Positions 25,831 to 39,560 of a stretch of DNA of 64,000 bases are shown here, in pieces. Under the pieces are notes generated by a model. It did no database searches and was not told the origin of the DNA. It saw nothing but the letters and a program-made list of their open reading frames with translations. The stretch's first letter is position 1, and each line of letters opens with the position of its first letter. This stretch comes from Octopus sinensis (taxonomy: Eukaryota): NCBI RefSeq assembly GCF_006345805.1, contig NC_043001.1:78182001-78246000 (forward strand). Reading direction: 5' to 3'. Both the position numbers and the translations under genes were made by a program.

Positions 25831-28557
25831 TTGTGACCTGGGGGGTTTGTTAGCTCCTCGGGCAAAATGCTTAGTAGCAGTTTTCTGGAGTTTTGAGTTC
25901 TAATGCTACCAGTGATGACTGAGAATTTTATCGCTACCAACTTAGTACCACTAAGGTATTCGGGTGGATGTCATTAACTTTCCCCTTTCACAAAATTGCG
26001 GGACGTGTTCCAAAATTTGAAAGAAAGAATATATATATATCAGGAACTGGATTGTTCAACATATACTCTCTATAAAAACTGGTAGGATGTATTTTCTACT
26101 AATATTCAAAATATTATCGCTAGAAGATGAACCGATCGCATAGCTGTGCCTTGTTTGACGCGTGTTCTCTAAGCGATTGAAATTCTATTAATGTATGGTT
26201 TTTAACGTGACTGGTCTTACACAGTAAAATAATCTACTTATAATCCTAAGTGTGCCTGATCTTTTACAAGCATAATTTAAACATTATATACCGCCCAGTT
26301 CTAAGACTGGTTGTGCTAAGAATGAGGTTTCCTTGTTTGCTCACTGGTGGTAATTACTTTGCGTAAGTAGTATTGCTGAAATAATGTTGCTAAAATAATG
26401 ATTGTAATGGTTATTTTTGAAATTGCTTAGCAGCAGACCCAGCAGATCCTTAAATAAAGGTGTTTCAATTATGAAAAAATTATTCAAGAAGTAAGATATT
26501 CTTCCCCGGACTTATTCAATTTGAAAGAAATTTATTGCATTAAATTATAAAGTGAGAATCACGTAACTATAGGATTTTTTGACTCCCAATTTTGCTGACA
26601 GCGCGACTATATTGAGATTTTCAAATACGTTACTGTAAGCTTGTCATAGAGATTTTAGCCATAGCGATACTTATAATATATGTCATGTATGATGGTACTA
26701 GTGATAAAAACATTGTTAGCTCGAATAATTTGGCGTCTCTATCCAGCACATCGCACGACTTTGTTAGAGAGAATGAAAACAAAATCAGGAATATTAAATT
26801 TCGCGAAACCATACATATCCATTTTATACTAATTTGGATTGTTAAGGTAATTTTTTTTTCCGTTAAGTTTAGTAAGGACATCAGTTGGTTTAAAATTTTC
26901 AGAGTTGATATTTCGCCTGAAGGGGTCAGATGTCTCCATCTATTCCTCCGCTAGCCATTGTGGTGACGATGAGTTTCCTTTGCCTCTCTGGTAACGTATT
27001 GCTATCTTTAGTGAGTCTACTTTGTTTATAATGTGGCCTTCCTCTTATTTAAGATTGTACGGCGGATTTTCACACAGGTCATCGAGAAACGCACTCTGCT
27101 TTTTCCATCCTTAATTTATAATCACCAATTTCTATTTCATTTTTTAAGAGGTGCAATCTGTGATAGTGCGGATTATGTTGAATATGGAATGGAGATGGTG
27201 ATGGTAGGAGAGTAATAGTGGAACCTATGAGGCCATCGTTTGTGTAGGTTGTAGCATGAAATAGCCCTTGCAACTATGATTAAATTTATAAAGGGAAAGG
27301 AAATCAGTGTAATAGCCGTAAGTTATATAGATAGTCCATATCAATGATTCTATAACTGCATCTGTATACGTGTGTGTGAACGTGTGTGTAAATATATGCA
27401 TACGTGTACGTTGTTGAATACTAATGTATATGTGCGTGGGTCTTTGCCGATCTGATTACTTAATATATATATATATATGTAAAATATGTGCCCGCGCGTG
27501 TGTGTGTGTACCTGGATACTAAAGTTGGTTGTATGTGTTAGTTGATGTGTGTTCGAGTGTGCATAGGACAGTAATAAATATATCGCTTTTAATGAAATTT
27601 TATTAAGAAACTACAAACGGTTTCTTTACCATTCGTATGTTGTTTCACACACTGACTGAGTGACATACATACACATACATTAAAATGCATATATACTCTT
27701 ACACTAACACACTTAAGTACACAATCTCACAAAAGTCTCTAGACTTTGATAGGCAGACTCAATATTCATAGCTATATGTAGTTTTACGGATAAATGGGTA
27801 TTATAAATTTGATAAAACTGCCGGAGTTATAAACATAAGTAAATGCAAGCACGTACACACAGGCATATATACACATAAACACATACACAAACCCACACAA
27901 ACAGGCTGATAGACAGACACACGCACACACGCATATACACACTTGTATGTACACATATATGTACACTCATATCAAATACATACATACACATTTGCATACA
28001 TAATGTGTATGAGTGTGTGAATATAAAATGTTTATGTATCAGTGAATACGTGTATATACATGCGTGTGTGAGTGTGTGTAATTGTAAATGTAGATATATA
28101 TATATACATGTAAACTTGTATACGTCTATGCTTCGATGTTTATCGGTGCGTGTACAGCAAATGAGAAAAATGGAACATTTTGTGATGTTGACAGAAGAAA
28201 TAAGATTAAAGGGGAAAAAATTACAAAGAAACGAAAGAATATAAAAAAAAATGTATAAAGGTGGATTTTACCTCCAGTATAAGAGAGTGAATGAATGAAC
28301 ATGGCTGATTCTTTGTCCAAAGCAGGGAATGAGGTTCACCATGGAAAGATTTATTAAATGTTCCTCACCACGACATGCTCTGAATATGGGCGTCTTTCAG
28401 TTAATGAAATTTCGGTACAGACAGAATATATGACGGTCTATGGAGGGGAGATTTTCTCCTTACTCTATTTGTATGTATGTATGTATGTATGTATGTATGT
28501 ATTATGTATGTATGTATGTATGTATTATGTATGTATGTATGTGTGCATGTATCTATC

Positions 28558-28620
<63 letters not shown>

Positions 28621-28982
28621 TTGTAACTGTCTCTCTGTCTAGCTATCTATATATGTGTGTCACTTTCACTCGCTCTCTCACACTCACACTCACTCTCTCA
28701 CTCTCTCACCCTCTCTCTCTTTCCATATCTCTCTTTCTCTCTCTCTTTCTCTCTTTCTCTCTCTCTCTCTATCTATCTATTTACTTTTTTCATCTATTTC
28801 TTTTCATTCATTCTGTCTTCTTTCACTTCTTCCTTAATATCTACTTACCTACATATATAGCTAAACGACAGTTTAACCGTTTCTGTGCTTTTCAATATTT
28901 TCAACTCCACTTCATTACAGCAGAGTATATATGAATGAATTTACGTATTGAAGAAAGTTTAAACGTGTTTCGTTATAAATTG

Positions 28983-29025
<43 letters not shown>

Positions 29026-29035
29026 TATAATATAT

Positions 29036-29067
<32 letters not shown>

Positions 29068-29343
29068 ATATACCTATATATATATATATACAAATACATA
29101 TATATATATATATCGCCACCTTTCTGTCTTTCTGTACCTCACGTGCCTATACACATTAATAAAGAAAATCAGAGAAAAGTCACATGAGAACCGGACGTAT
29201 TGAACGCATGTATATATACATACATATATATATGCACACATGCATATATACGTTTATACATGAAAATATATATATATATATATATATATATCAATATTTA
29301 CCTATATATATATATATATATTATATATATATATATATATACC

Positions 29344-29377
<34 letters not shown>

Positions 29378-29401
29378 TATATATATATATATATATAATA
29401 T

Positions 29402-29438
<37 letters not shown>

Positions 29439-29689
29439 CGCTCTATGAAAATGACTGCTCAGCACCGCATTGCTATTTATAATTTTGAATTGAGGCTACC
29501 ATTGATTTCATGTTAAGAAATATAGGAAAATACCCTAGTATCTTAACACTTTTTCAAGTCGATCATATGGAGGAAGGTGTTCGTATCCATTTTGGAAAAC
29601 ACATCCACGTTTATCTTGTGGGGACAGTTGTGAATTCATAATAACAGTATATACTACATTTAGGTCAATGTAAATTGACCGAGAAGACA

Positions 29690-30260
29690 CAGACAGAAGG
29701 AAATCTTATGGTTTAACCCACCTTATATGACAAAAGCAGCTAGAAACATAGCTAGGAAATTCTAACAACTAATAAAAAAAAAAACATTTTTTACATTCAC
29801 ACAAATACCACACGTTCTTAAACAGAATACCCAGAAACACCACAGAACGACAATGCAACTGTAGATCCCCAAACCGCTGCTGTCTAAATAACAACTCTCT
29901 CGAGAAAGAACTCGTACACATGGCCAACAACACGGACTTCAACGGAGAAGCAAAGACATATATCGGAATGACGGGCAACTTGTTCAAGGATAGGTATACG
30001 CAATATCTAGCAGTTTGCTTCATACAGAGACAAACACAAAAGATACACATTTTTATCCTATATGGTATGGAGCGTGATAATCCTCGTCTAAACTAGACCA
30101 TCACAGCTAACATCAGCAACTATAGACGACAGACAGCAAATGCGAGTTATCTATAACGAAAAATTAAGTCTCATAACATGAACCATGAACAGTTCAAATA
30201 TTAGAGCGAAAACCTTCTCTCCTTGCATGCACAAGAAACAATTCACACTTCGAAATTTCC
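29690..30260 (+). mobile_element. Penelope-like element fragment (GIY-YIG endonuclease region)
   Basis: EILWFNPPY, CNCRSPNRCCL and KTYIGMTGNLFKDRY match the PLE motifs WFNPPF, CNCR..CPL and YIGxT...FKxRY. Confidence 0.8.
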
Positions 30261-30413
30261 AGTTTGACCTCCACCCACTCTCTCACCCTTCCAAACCGGG
30301 TTAGTCTTTGGTTGTCGATTATATGCGTATCATACTTTATATGCATATTATATACTAAAGACATATACTGCAATGAACTAACGCTGGATTTCCTAAATAC
30401 AGATTTATATGTT

Positions 30414-30830
30414 TAGGCGTGGCTGTGTGGTAAGAAGCTTGCTTCCCAACCACATGGTCCCGGATTCAGTTCCACTGAGTGGAATCTTGGCAGAGTGCCA
30501 TATACTGTAACCTCAGGCCGACCAAGTCTTGTGACTGGACGTGGAAGACGAAAATTGAAAGAAGCCTGTCGTACACACACACAACACACACGCACACACA
30601 CACACACATATATATGCTTCTGTGTCTGTGTTTAGCTCCCCACCATCGCTTGACAACCGTCTCGTAACTAAGTGCTTCAGCAAAATGAACCGATAGTACT
30701 AAGGTTACAAAGAACTAAGTATTAAGAAAGTACTAATCTTACAAAGAAAACGTTCTGGGGTCGATTTGTTCGACTAAGGGCGGTACTCCAGAATAGCCGC
30801 AGTCAAATGACTGAAACAAGAAAATGACAA
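30414..30830 (+). mobile_element. SINE, family B
   Basis: ggcgtggctgtgtggtaagaagcttgcttcccaaccacatgg head; gccgcagtcaaatgactgaaacaag tail. Confidence 0.85.
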
Positions 30831-30974
30831 AAATGACTACAATGACATATCCATGACATGAATTCACATGATTAACAGGAAAAATATGTATATGGATTTA
30901 TCAACTTGCAACTCCATGGTCCAGGTTTAGCGTTAAAGATCTACGAAGTGCCATAAATCGTTATATGCACATAC

Positions 30975-31140
30975 TCAAACATCAACAAAATGCGTGTATG
31001 TATGTATGTATGTATGTATGTATGTATGTATGTATGTATGTATGCATGTATGTATGTATGCATGTATATATGCATGTATGTATGTGTGTATGCATGTATG
31101 TATGCATGCATGTATGTATGTATGTATGCATATATACCTG
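30975..31140. repeat. (TATG)n microsatellite
   Basis: Direct tandem repeat. Confidence 0.9.
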
Positions 31141-32067
31141 TATGCATCTATGTCATTATTGAGTTTTATTTCAAAATTTCTTGCCAATAGAGAAAGAGAA
31201 TTTCCATAACATGAACAGGGTATTTTCGTATGTATGAAATATGTATGTATGTGTTAGTATACATACATATATATATATATATACACATATATATATATAC
31301 ATATATATACATATATACATATATATATACATGTGTGTGTATGTATGTATGCGCATCTGTGTATGTACGTATATATGTTTTAATCTTCTTTATATGTGAG
31401 CGTGGTTGTAATTTTATGTATATATATTTAAAGACATGGGCGTGCACGGTCGTTCTCGCATGAGATAATGAAGGAATCAATCTGTTGTGAAAGCAATTAC
31501 TTCCAAAGATTCAGGGCTAATGTAATGAAGATAACAATTATGATATTCTTATATGTTTCTACCCTTATTCTGTGTATCTATTTCCAAATACCCTTCAGTC
31601 TCGTATATCTCGTGTATTCTCATCGAAAATGAAAGGGAGTAACAACTCCCCCGTGTGGCACGCTTCAGCTATTTTGAAGATCTGTACACATGAAGGCACT
31701 GATTATCATATCAACCCACAAATAAATATTTTCCAATAATGCGGTGTTGAGTACCCATTATCATTGTATATGTGTGCATATTTATATATACCTGTGTTTG
31801 TGTGTGTGTGGTTGCGTGTGTATGTATGGATGTATGCGTCTATGTATATGTGTGTATATAGTTATTATTTCCCAGTGGGTTTTCGTCGGTAACGCCACCA
31901 TAGGAGATCAATATCGTCGCTAAACAGTTAAAATTGTTACGATCATTTAGACAATAACTGAAGAGAATTTAACTACATTTTCATATTTGTGAACACAAGC
32001 ATAAGTGTATATATATATCTGTAATGTATGCATATATACCTGTATGTGTATATGTATATATATATAT

Positions 32068-32365
32068 GGAGGCGCAATGGCCCAGTGGTTAGGGCAGCGG
32101 ACTCGCGGTTGTAGGTTCGCAGTTTCGATTCCCAGACCGGGCGTTGTGAGTGTTTATTGAGCGAAAACACCTAAGGCTCCACGAGGCTCCGGCAGGAGTG
32201 CTGGCGATCCCTGTTGTACTCTTCCGCAGCAGCTTTCTCTCACTCTTTCTTCTGTTGGTCTGCTCGCTTAGCCAGCGGGGTGGCGTCATTTGAAGGCTAA
32301 AACAATTCGAAGCGCATTGTGACCAGCGATGTAGCAACATCTGATAGCCTGGTCGGGCACGTGAT
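32068..32365 (+). mobile_element. SINE, family A head with an alternative 3' tail
   Basis: GGAGGCGCAATGGCCCAGTGGTTAG...GTTTCGATTCCC head and ctccacgaggctccggcag body, but a tail (gcgcattgtgaccagcgatg...cacgtgata) unlike other family A copies. Confidence 0.85.
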
Positions 32366-32374
32366 ATATATATA

Positions 32375-32622
32375 CTTGATAATTAGGGTTCAGCAAAGAT
32401 TTGCTTTACCACATACCGAAGTTTAGAGATAGCAACCAAAACCTTGGCCATTTCTTCTACTTTAAAAATGGACTCCCAGAGAAACCAAAATACTTGAAAA
32501 CTAAATACTTGGTTTCGTTGGGAGTCCCTTTTTAAAGTAGAAGAAATAGCTAAGGTATTGGCTGCTATCTCTAGACTTCGGTATGTGGTAAAGCAAATCT
32601 TTGCTGAACCCTAATTATTAAG
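32375..32622. mobile_element. Fold-back MITE with ~115-bp inverted arms, TA-flanked
   Basis: cttgataattagggttcagcaaagatttgctttaccacataccgaag... pairs with ...cttcggtatgtggtaaagcaaatctttgctgaaccctaattattaag; about 90% arm identity, ~20-nt spacer. Confidence 0.85.
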
Positions 32623-32720
32623 TAATACTTAAGTTTACTGTGAAATGGTCCTTTTTTCATGCCGAATTCTACTTGGTGAAATTATTGATTACTTCTTAAT
32701 TAATTAATTTTACCCTTTGT

Positions 32721-32763
<43 letters not shown>

Positions 32764-33415
32764 TGACGGAGAAAATGAAAGAAAGCGAGAGCAATATACT
32801 TATACATATGTATGCATGTATGTATGTATGTATGTATGTATGTAAGCATGTATGTATGTTTGTATGTATGCATATACGTATGTGTGTACGTGCCGGTACT
32901 GCGACACGAGTGTTGATTTTTATCTACAGGTCCACTTTAAGCATATACACCTATAGTTAAATATCGTTATTTACTTGCATTTTATCAAAATGCGCCAAAA
33001 TACTCGATACCAAAGAGAATACCACTTGCTATGTCCATACGAATTATCTATAGTTTCTAGACTGCATATATCAAAAGAAACGCACACACTAACTTTGAGT
33101 GTTTGTGTGAGTGCGGGCACGTGTGAATGAGTGCGAATGTGTGTATATGTTTATCTGCGTGTGCGAGTATGTGTGTGTGTCACTTTCAGAAATGTCTATC
33201 GATGAATATGTACCAAATGACGAATGATCGTGACTTCTATTACATATGGGATATGAAAAACAACAACAAAAAAAAATTATGATGATCATGCAGACAATCC
33301 TTTCCCAATCTTGCCAGTGCAAATACAGGGAACCTAATGAATCTTCCGATGGAATTCCATAGTCAATATTTGCAGAGACTTATCGCTTTCAAATAACACC
33401 CATCTCATATTGTTC

Positions 33416-33417
<2 letters not shown>

Positions 33418-33512
<95 letters not shown>

Positions 33513-33514
33513 TG

Positions 33515-33571
<57 letters not shown>

Positions 33572-33615
33572 GTAATAATAATAATGACGATGGTGATGAT
33601 GATGATGATGATGAT
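33418..33615. repeat. (AAT)n to (GAT)n microsatellite
   Basis: Direct tandem repeat. Confidence 0.95.
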
Positions 33616-33849
33616 GATCTTCGACCTTCTTCGAGATGCAGCATAGTGGCCAACCTTTAGAACATTTAGACTCCTAAGGCCATTTAAATCATACACCGTA
33701 TTCTGCGGTATACATGTCGACGGAATAAATAGCGTAAACATGTGTAATAGTTCAAACATCGACATTATCACTTCACATACTGCTGAATTTCACCTATATT
33801 TTGGCTGATAATTTTCATGAGGACAATTCGACTTGTATGGCGGAAAATA

Positions 33850-34870
33850 CGGTATCGTTTTTGCAAGCTGGCAGAATCGTTAATACGTTGGACAAACATT
33901 GCTTAGCGGCATTTTCCCGGCTCTTATATCAGGGGTTTCAAATCTTGCCTAGTTTGACTTTACTTTTCATTCCGTCGGTGGTCGATAAAATAAGTACGAT
34001 TTGGGCACTAGGGATCAATGGAAAATATGTTCACGTTCAGCAATCGGGACGGGAGGTTAATGTAATCGGCTAATCCCCTTGCTCTAAATTTACTGGTCTT
34101 ATGCCAAAATTTAAAACCATATCTTGCATTACCAAATAGCAACGAGCTGGCAGAATCGTTACTACTTCAGACAAAATGCTTAACTTACTTTCTTCCAGTA
34201 ATCGATGATGAAAGTTCAAATTACGCCAACTCCCTTCATTTTCTTGAGGATCCATAACACAAAGTACCAATCAAGATATGAAGTTGATTGAATCGACTTA
34301 TTCAATTCTTTCAAAATTCTTGTAAAAAAAGTGGAAAGAGTTATTTTTCATTACTAATTTTTATTTAGTTTCGAGATAATTATATTTGAGCTTACTTTTA
34401 CATTTATGTGAATATAAAGCATCTTTTAATATTTCTTGACAAAACGGTAGCTAGGTGGTTACATCGTTAGCACGCCGGGCGAAATGCTTCGCGAAATTCC
34501 GTCTGTCTGTCCTGAGTTCAAGTATCCCCGACGTCCAATTTAGCTTTCATCCTTTCAGGATTGATAAGGCAAGTACCAGTTGAGCACTGCGGTCGCTGTA
34601 GTCAACTAACCACCCCCAAATTATGGAATTGTGTTAACATTTGAAACCAATATTTTTTTGACTCGAAAGCAGCGAGTTGGCAGCATTGTTATAACTCAGG
34701 GCAAAATACTTAACCGAATTTCGTCCGTCTGTCTTTAGTTCAAATTCCGCCGACGTTGGCTTTATCTTTCATCCTTTCGAAATTGACAAAATATGTTCTT
34801 GTAGGATAGGTACTTGGGTGAATGTAATCGATTTAACCCCTTATTGCCGACTAATATTGCTGGCCTTGTG
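33850..34870 (+). mobile_element. Cluster of about four same-orientation family N SINEs
   Basis: Heads (gctggcagaatcgtt and variants) at about 33860, 34140, 34455 and 34670, with Nin-like cores. Confidence 0.8.
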
Positions 34871-35578
34871 TCAACATTTGTAAGCAATAGTAACAGATTT
34901 TGCATTTATAATTTTTATATCATTCTCCAATATTTGTAGTGATTGTTTGATTTGTATCAGCAGAGTCTTCACTATTTCGTTTTCATTTACTGTCAGTGCT
35001 ATAATATTTTAAAACAATATTGAGATTTTGTGTTTCGGTGGACATTTTCCTCGGAACTGCAACAGAGTACACACTACGATCTGTGGATGATAACTTTCAT
35101 GTATACAAGAAAACAGACGGCTGTTCAACCTTAATTCTTATACATATATTATTATCAACATCATTAACAGCAACAAAAACAGTAAGAGTGCCGTAGCAAG
35201 CAATGCCATCTGTTTGTTCTGTTTTTTTTTTCCTGGAATTAATCTCTCTTCAAAAAAGATTGCTATATTTAGGATAAAAAGCTTTAAAGGGATTTAGGAC
35301 AAAATCTGTAAGAACCAGGAAGAGAAATGCTGTGACCACATTATATTTGTTAATGACAACAGCCTGTTGTATTCAAATAACTCCCTTCATTTCCTCTTTG
35401 TTGTTTTAATACCGTAATCTCCCTTTGTCGGTATTATTGGTATTTAATCAAAATTTCGGATATTTTTAGAAATGAAACACGTGTATTGTATTCAATAACG
35501 TAAAAGCTTATCTTTCTTACAAGCATATTTATGTGATGTGTATACATACATACACACGTACATACATACATACATACA

Positions 35579-35609
<31 letters not shown>

Positions 35610-35727
35610 GTATATAGATATATGAATGTGTATATATGTATATACATAAACATATATAATACAAAGAGAGAGAGAGAAATCATTATATATATATATATAC
35701 ACATACATATATGTGTGTGTGTGTAAG

Positions 35728-35766
<39 letters not shown>

Positions 35767-35821
35767 ATGTGTGTGTGTGTGTGTGAATATGTGTGTGTAT
35801 ATATGTGTGTGTGTGTGTCAG

Positions 35822-35852
<31 letters not shown>

Positions 35853-35894
35853 GTGAAGGCGCATAGCTCAGTCACCTTAGATTGGTGTATAAAT

Positions 35895-36225
35895 ATGAAG
35901 GCACACGACTTAGTGGTGTCAAGCTCAAAATCATGAGGTAGTGCGTTCGCTTCCCGAATCGGGGTCTTTGCTGCGTTCTTAAGCAAGGCACTTTATTTCA
36001 CGTTTTTCCATTTCACTGAGCTATAGAAATGAGTTGTGATGGCACTGGTACCAAACTGTAACGGTCTTTGACTTTCCCTTCGACAACATCAGTGGCGTGG
36101 AGAGTGGATGCTGGTATGCCTTATTGACTGCCGGTCTTCCTTAATCAACCCTACCTAAACTTGTGCTTCGGAGAGGAGTATTCTTGGTGCAATCCCATGG
36201 TCATTCATGACTGGAGAGGTTCTTT
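35895..36225 (+). mobile_element. SINE, family C-like, with a long distinct tail
   Basis: gcgttcttaagcaaggcactttatttcacgtt...ttcactgagct core after a tRNA-like head. Confidence 0.65.
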
Positions 36226-36237
36226 TATGTATATATA

Positions 36238-36293
<56 letters not shown>

Positions 36294-36381
36294 TGTATAT
36301 ATATATATGCGTGTGTCTGTGTGTGAGCTTTTATGTATGTATAGAGATATATGTAAATAAATATTTCTACACACACACACA

Positions 36382-36452
<71 letters not shown>

Positions 36453-36795
36453 TATATACATATAGACTGGCACACGCATATATGCATACATATATATATA
36501 TATATATGCTTTCGTGAGTATGTTACCGTGTGTTTGTATTTTCGTATGTTGTCGTTTATACATGGGACTTACCAGAAATCATCTGCCGCAGATTAAGGAG
36601 AATTTATACGTTTTTAATAAATAATGTATTTACCGTGTATGTTTTCTACAAGAAAAAACAAGAAACTAATCAGATTGACCTGGTTTTGTTTTAACTACAT
36701 TTGCTCACTGACACCTACTCTTGTGAGGAAAGTACATGTCACGTATACGTGTCCGGTACAGATACAAACACAGATATACTCATACACACACAGAA

Positions 36796-36828
<33 letters not shown>

Positions 36829-38699
36829 GGACTTTGTCGAAGGCTGGTGACTCTAGCACAAGAATAATTAATTTTAGCATGTGTGAGGTTGGGTGCTCTA
36901 ATAGACGCAGACGTAGATACTGTGTGATATGAAGCTTTGTTCCCACCTATGTGGTCTTGAGTTCAGTGCCACTGAATGGCACCTTGCACCACTGACTTCC
37001 AATATGACCCCTGGTAAGCTGGTGACTTTTGAGTCGGAAAATGAAGGAAGCCTGTCCTTTATCTATCAATCTATCTATTTATTCCCATAGATATATATAT
37101 GTGTGTATGTATATGTATGCATGTGTGTGTGAGTGAGTGTGTGAGTATGTATATGTGTGAATGTGTGTATATTTGTGTTTGCGTTTGTCCTCAATGCAGC
37201 TTGACAACTGGTATTCACTTCTTTACGTTCCCGTAACATAGAGGGATTCGGCAAAAATGACGGTCGGAATTAGTACGAGGCTTTAACATATGTGCAGGGG
37301 TCGATCATTTCCTCTAAACCCGTCAATATGCTGCCCTAGTCGGACTGCAGTTCACAGAGTGAAAGCAGTAAAACATAAATGCTAGAAGATAGTGTAAAGG
37401 TCAAACCTAAGTTATGAACAAATATCTATAGTGTCATATCATTTTATATGTTTGTATCATTTGTAAAATGAGGGCCAGGTCAGAGACCTTCTATCCCACG
37501 AAACATTTTGATATTTTGGAATAAGAACCCGATGGAGTTGTTTCGTCGGGCTTACAACTCTTCAGGATTTGACTACATTACCTCTACATTCTGCGAAATT
37601 ATGGCAGCGTAAAGAAAAATATTATCATGATGCTAGCCTACTGAAAATGCTTAGTTTCACGATTACACTAAAAATATATGAAAATGGCCTTCATGTATTT
37701 TCTAAATATAACGATTCGATTCATATAAAACCAGACGCATCCCAACAGTTGGCGATTCGTTTCACAGTCATAAAATTCTTCTGTGCCCAACAGAGTCTAA
37801 AAAGATCAGGAGAGAGCCATAATGTAGTACAGCACTTGCATATCTGAAACAGCTCTTCTTTATGCATATTAAGGCATCCTAAACAACACCCAGAGAATAC
37901 TATGTGGGTACATGGCATAAAATCTCATATACACATATTCAATCCTTTGAGTTAAAGGTAAGCTGCCTCGTCTCTCTGTTTTCTGTAAGCTTTAATTTTG
38001 GCTGAATTCATTTTACTTTCTTTCAAGGATTCTCGACACATTCATCTATTGTCGTTGCATTACCATTGATATGTCCACCATTCTTCCAAGTCCGGTTCTA
38101 AGCACTATATCTTGCCATGAACGCCTGTTCTTTGGAATTCTCTGCTGGTTCATGTCTCGTTAGTAAGAATTATGTGGCTATGATTCATGACATCAAACAC
38201 ACAGCTCCCACTATCCCAGGGGGCAGGCGAAGGGCGTAGATCGCTACAGCCTAAGCCGAATCTAGAAGCAGAAAACATAGAAAATATAGGTGTGTGACCT
38301 GGGAATACGCATAAATAATGCTGTACTTCTGTATGTTATGAAGATGGAAATATTTTGCAGGTGACTGGTTGTTGAGATTCTGAGTTCATTTAGAATAAGA
38401 AAAAAATAACCCATGTTCATCCTATAGAAAATAGTTTTAATACGTTGGGTGGGTCACTGCTCGTAATTGTGACTGTCACAAAGCATAAAAGTTTTGAAGT
38501 CGAGGCAGTGTAAACGCTACTGCATCAAGAAGATTCGTTTGCTGCAACAGACGAGCGACAGGGAGAGGTTAAAAGACTAGGGATCTACTCTTTAAGGCGA
38601 AGTGGCTTAAGACATTCAGTTATATATTTACATACATAAATACATGCACACACACACACACGTACACATTAACACACACACGCACAGATGTAAATATAC

Positions 38700-38762
<63 letters not shown>

Positions 38763-38774
38763 CCTCCCCTCACA

Positions 38775-39560
38775 CATTCATGATACCGACCATATACTTC
38801 GTCTCTAATTCCTTCTCCTTTCCTCACAACCCATCAAAACTACTGTTCACTATTGACATCAACTACTTATACACTGTTATCCCTCATAATATGGTCCTCT
38901 GCACATTAAAATGCTTCTCCACTCTTCGTCTTTATCCTCCTCCTCATACCTCCACTCTCCCCCGTTTGACTGAAAATTTCCTCTCTTTAAATTTTTCGTT
39001 CGCAGAAGAATTTTACCATAACCGGAGTGTAGCGCATGGAAACGCGAATGGGCCTCAACTATGCAATCCTATTTGTCGATTCTGTTGAGCCCCCAAATAT
39101 TATCTCCTGTCACCGGCACCACACCCAATCTATACGGTCCATACATTGACAACTGTATCGGTGCGAGCTCAGTCTCCCGCGAACATGTCAACACCTTTCT
39201 CTCTTCCATCCAATCGTTCCATCCGGCACTTGGATTGTCTTGCTCTGTCTACAACATATCTGTCAACGTTCCAAACATTTATATAACCATCCACTATTCC
39301 TCTCTACTACCTCCATCCATTATAACCATACAAGCACACACTCTTATCCAAACTTCTCTAACCCCTACCGATGCAAAACTGTCTATCCCTTACTCTCTGT
39401 ACCTCCATCTCTGCAGGGAATACATAAACATATCATCTTCAGACATACACTTGTTTGCCACACACTTTAGATACATGACTATTGTCTGTCTTGCCATCCA
39501 AAACGCCAACCATTTACTTCCTTCCGGTCAATTCAACACATGCAACTGTTAATCCAATCA
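38775..39560 (+). mobile_element. Penelope-like element reverse transcriptase fragment
   Basis: LLFTIDINYLYTVIPH, GVA(M)ETRMGLNYAILFV, YGPYIDNCIG, SFHPAL and SIPYS match PLE RT motifs (D..SLYTxIPH, GxAMGT, YIDD, SIPYSQ). Frameshifted. Confidence 0.85.

Noticed and set aside
33640-33710. LRR-like minus peptide DLNGLRSLNVLKVGH
   Set aside because: Single short match running into an (ATC)n tail with a weak donor; more like a retroposon 3' end.
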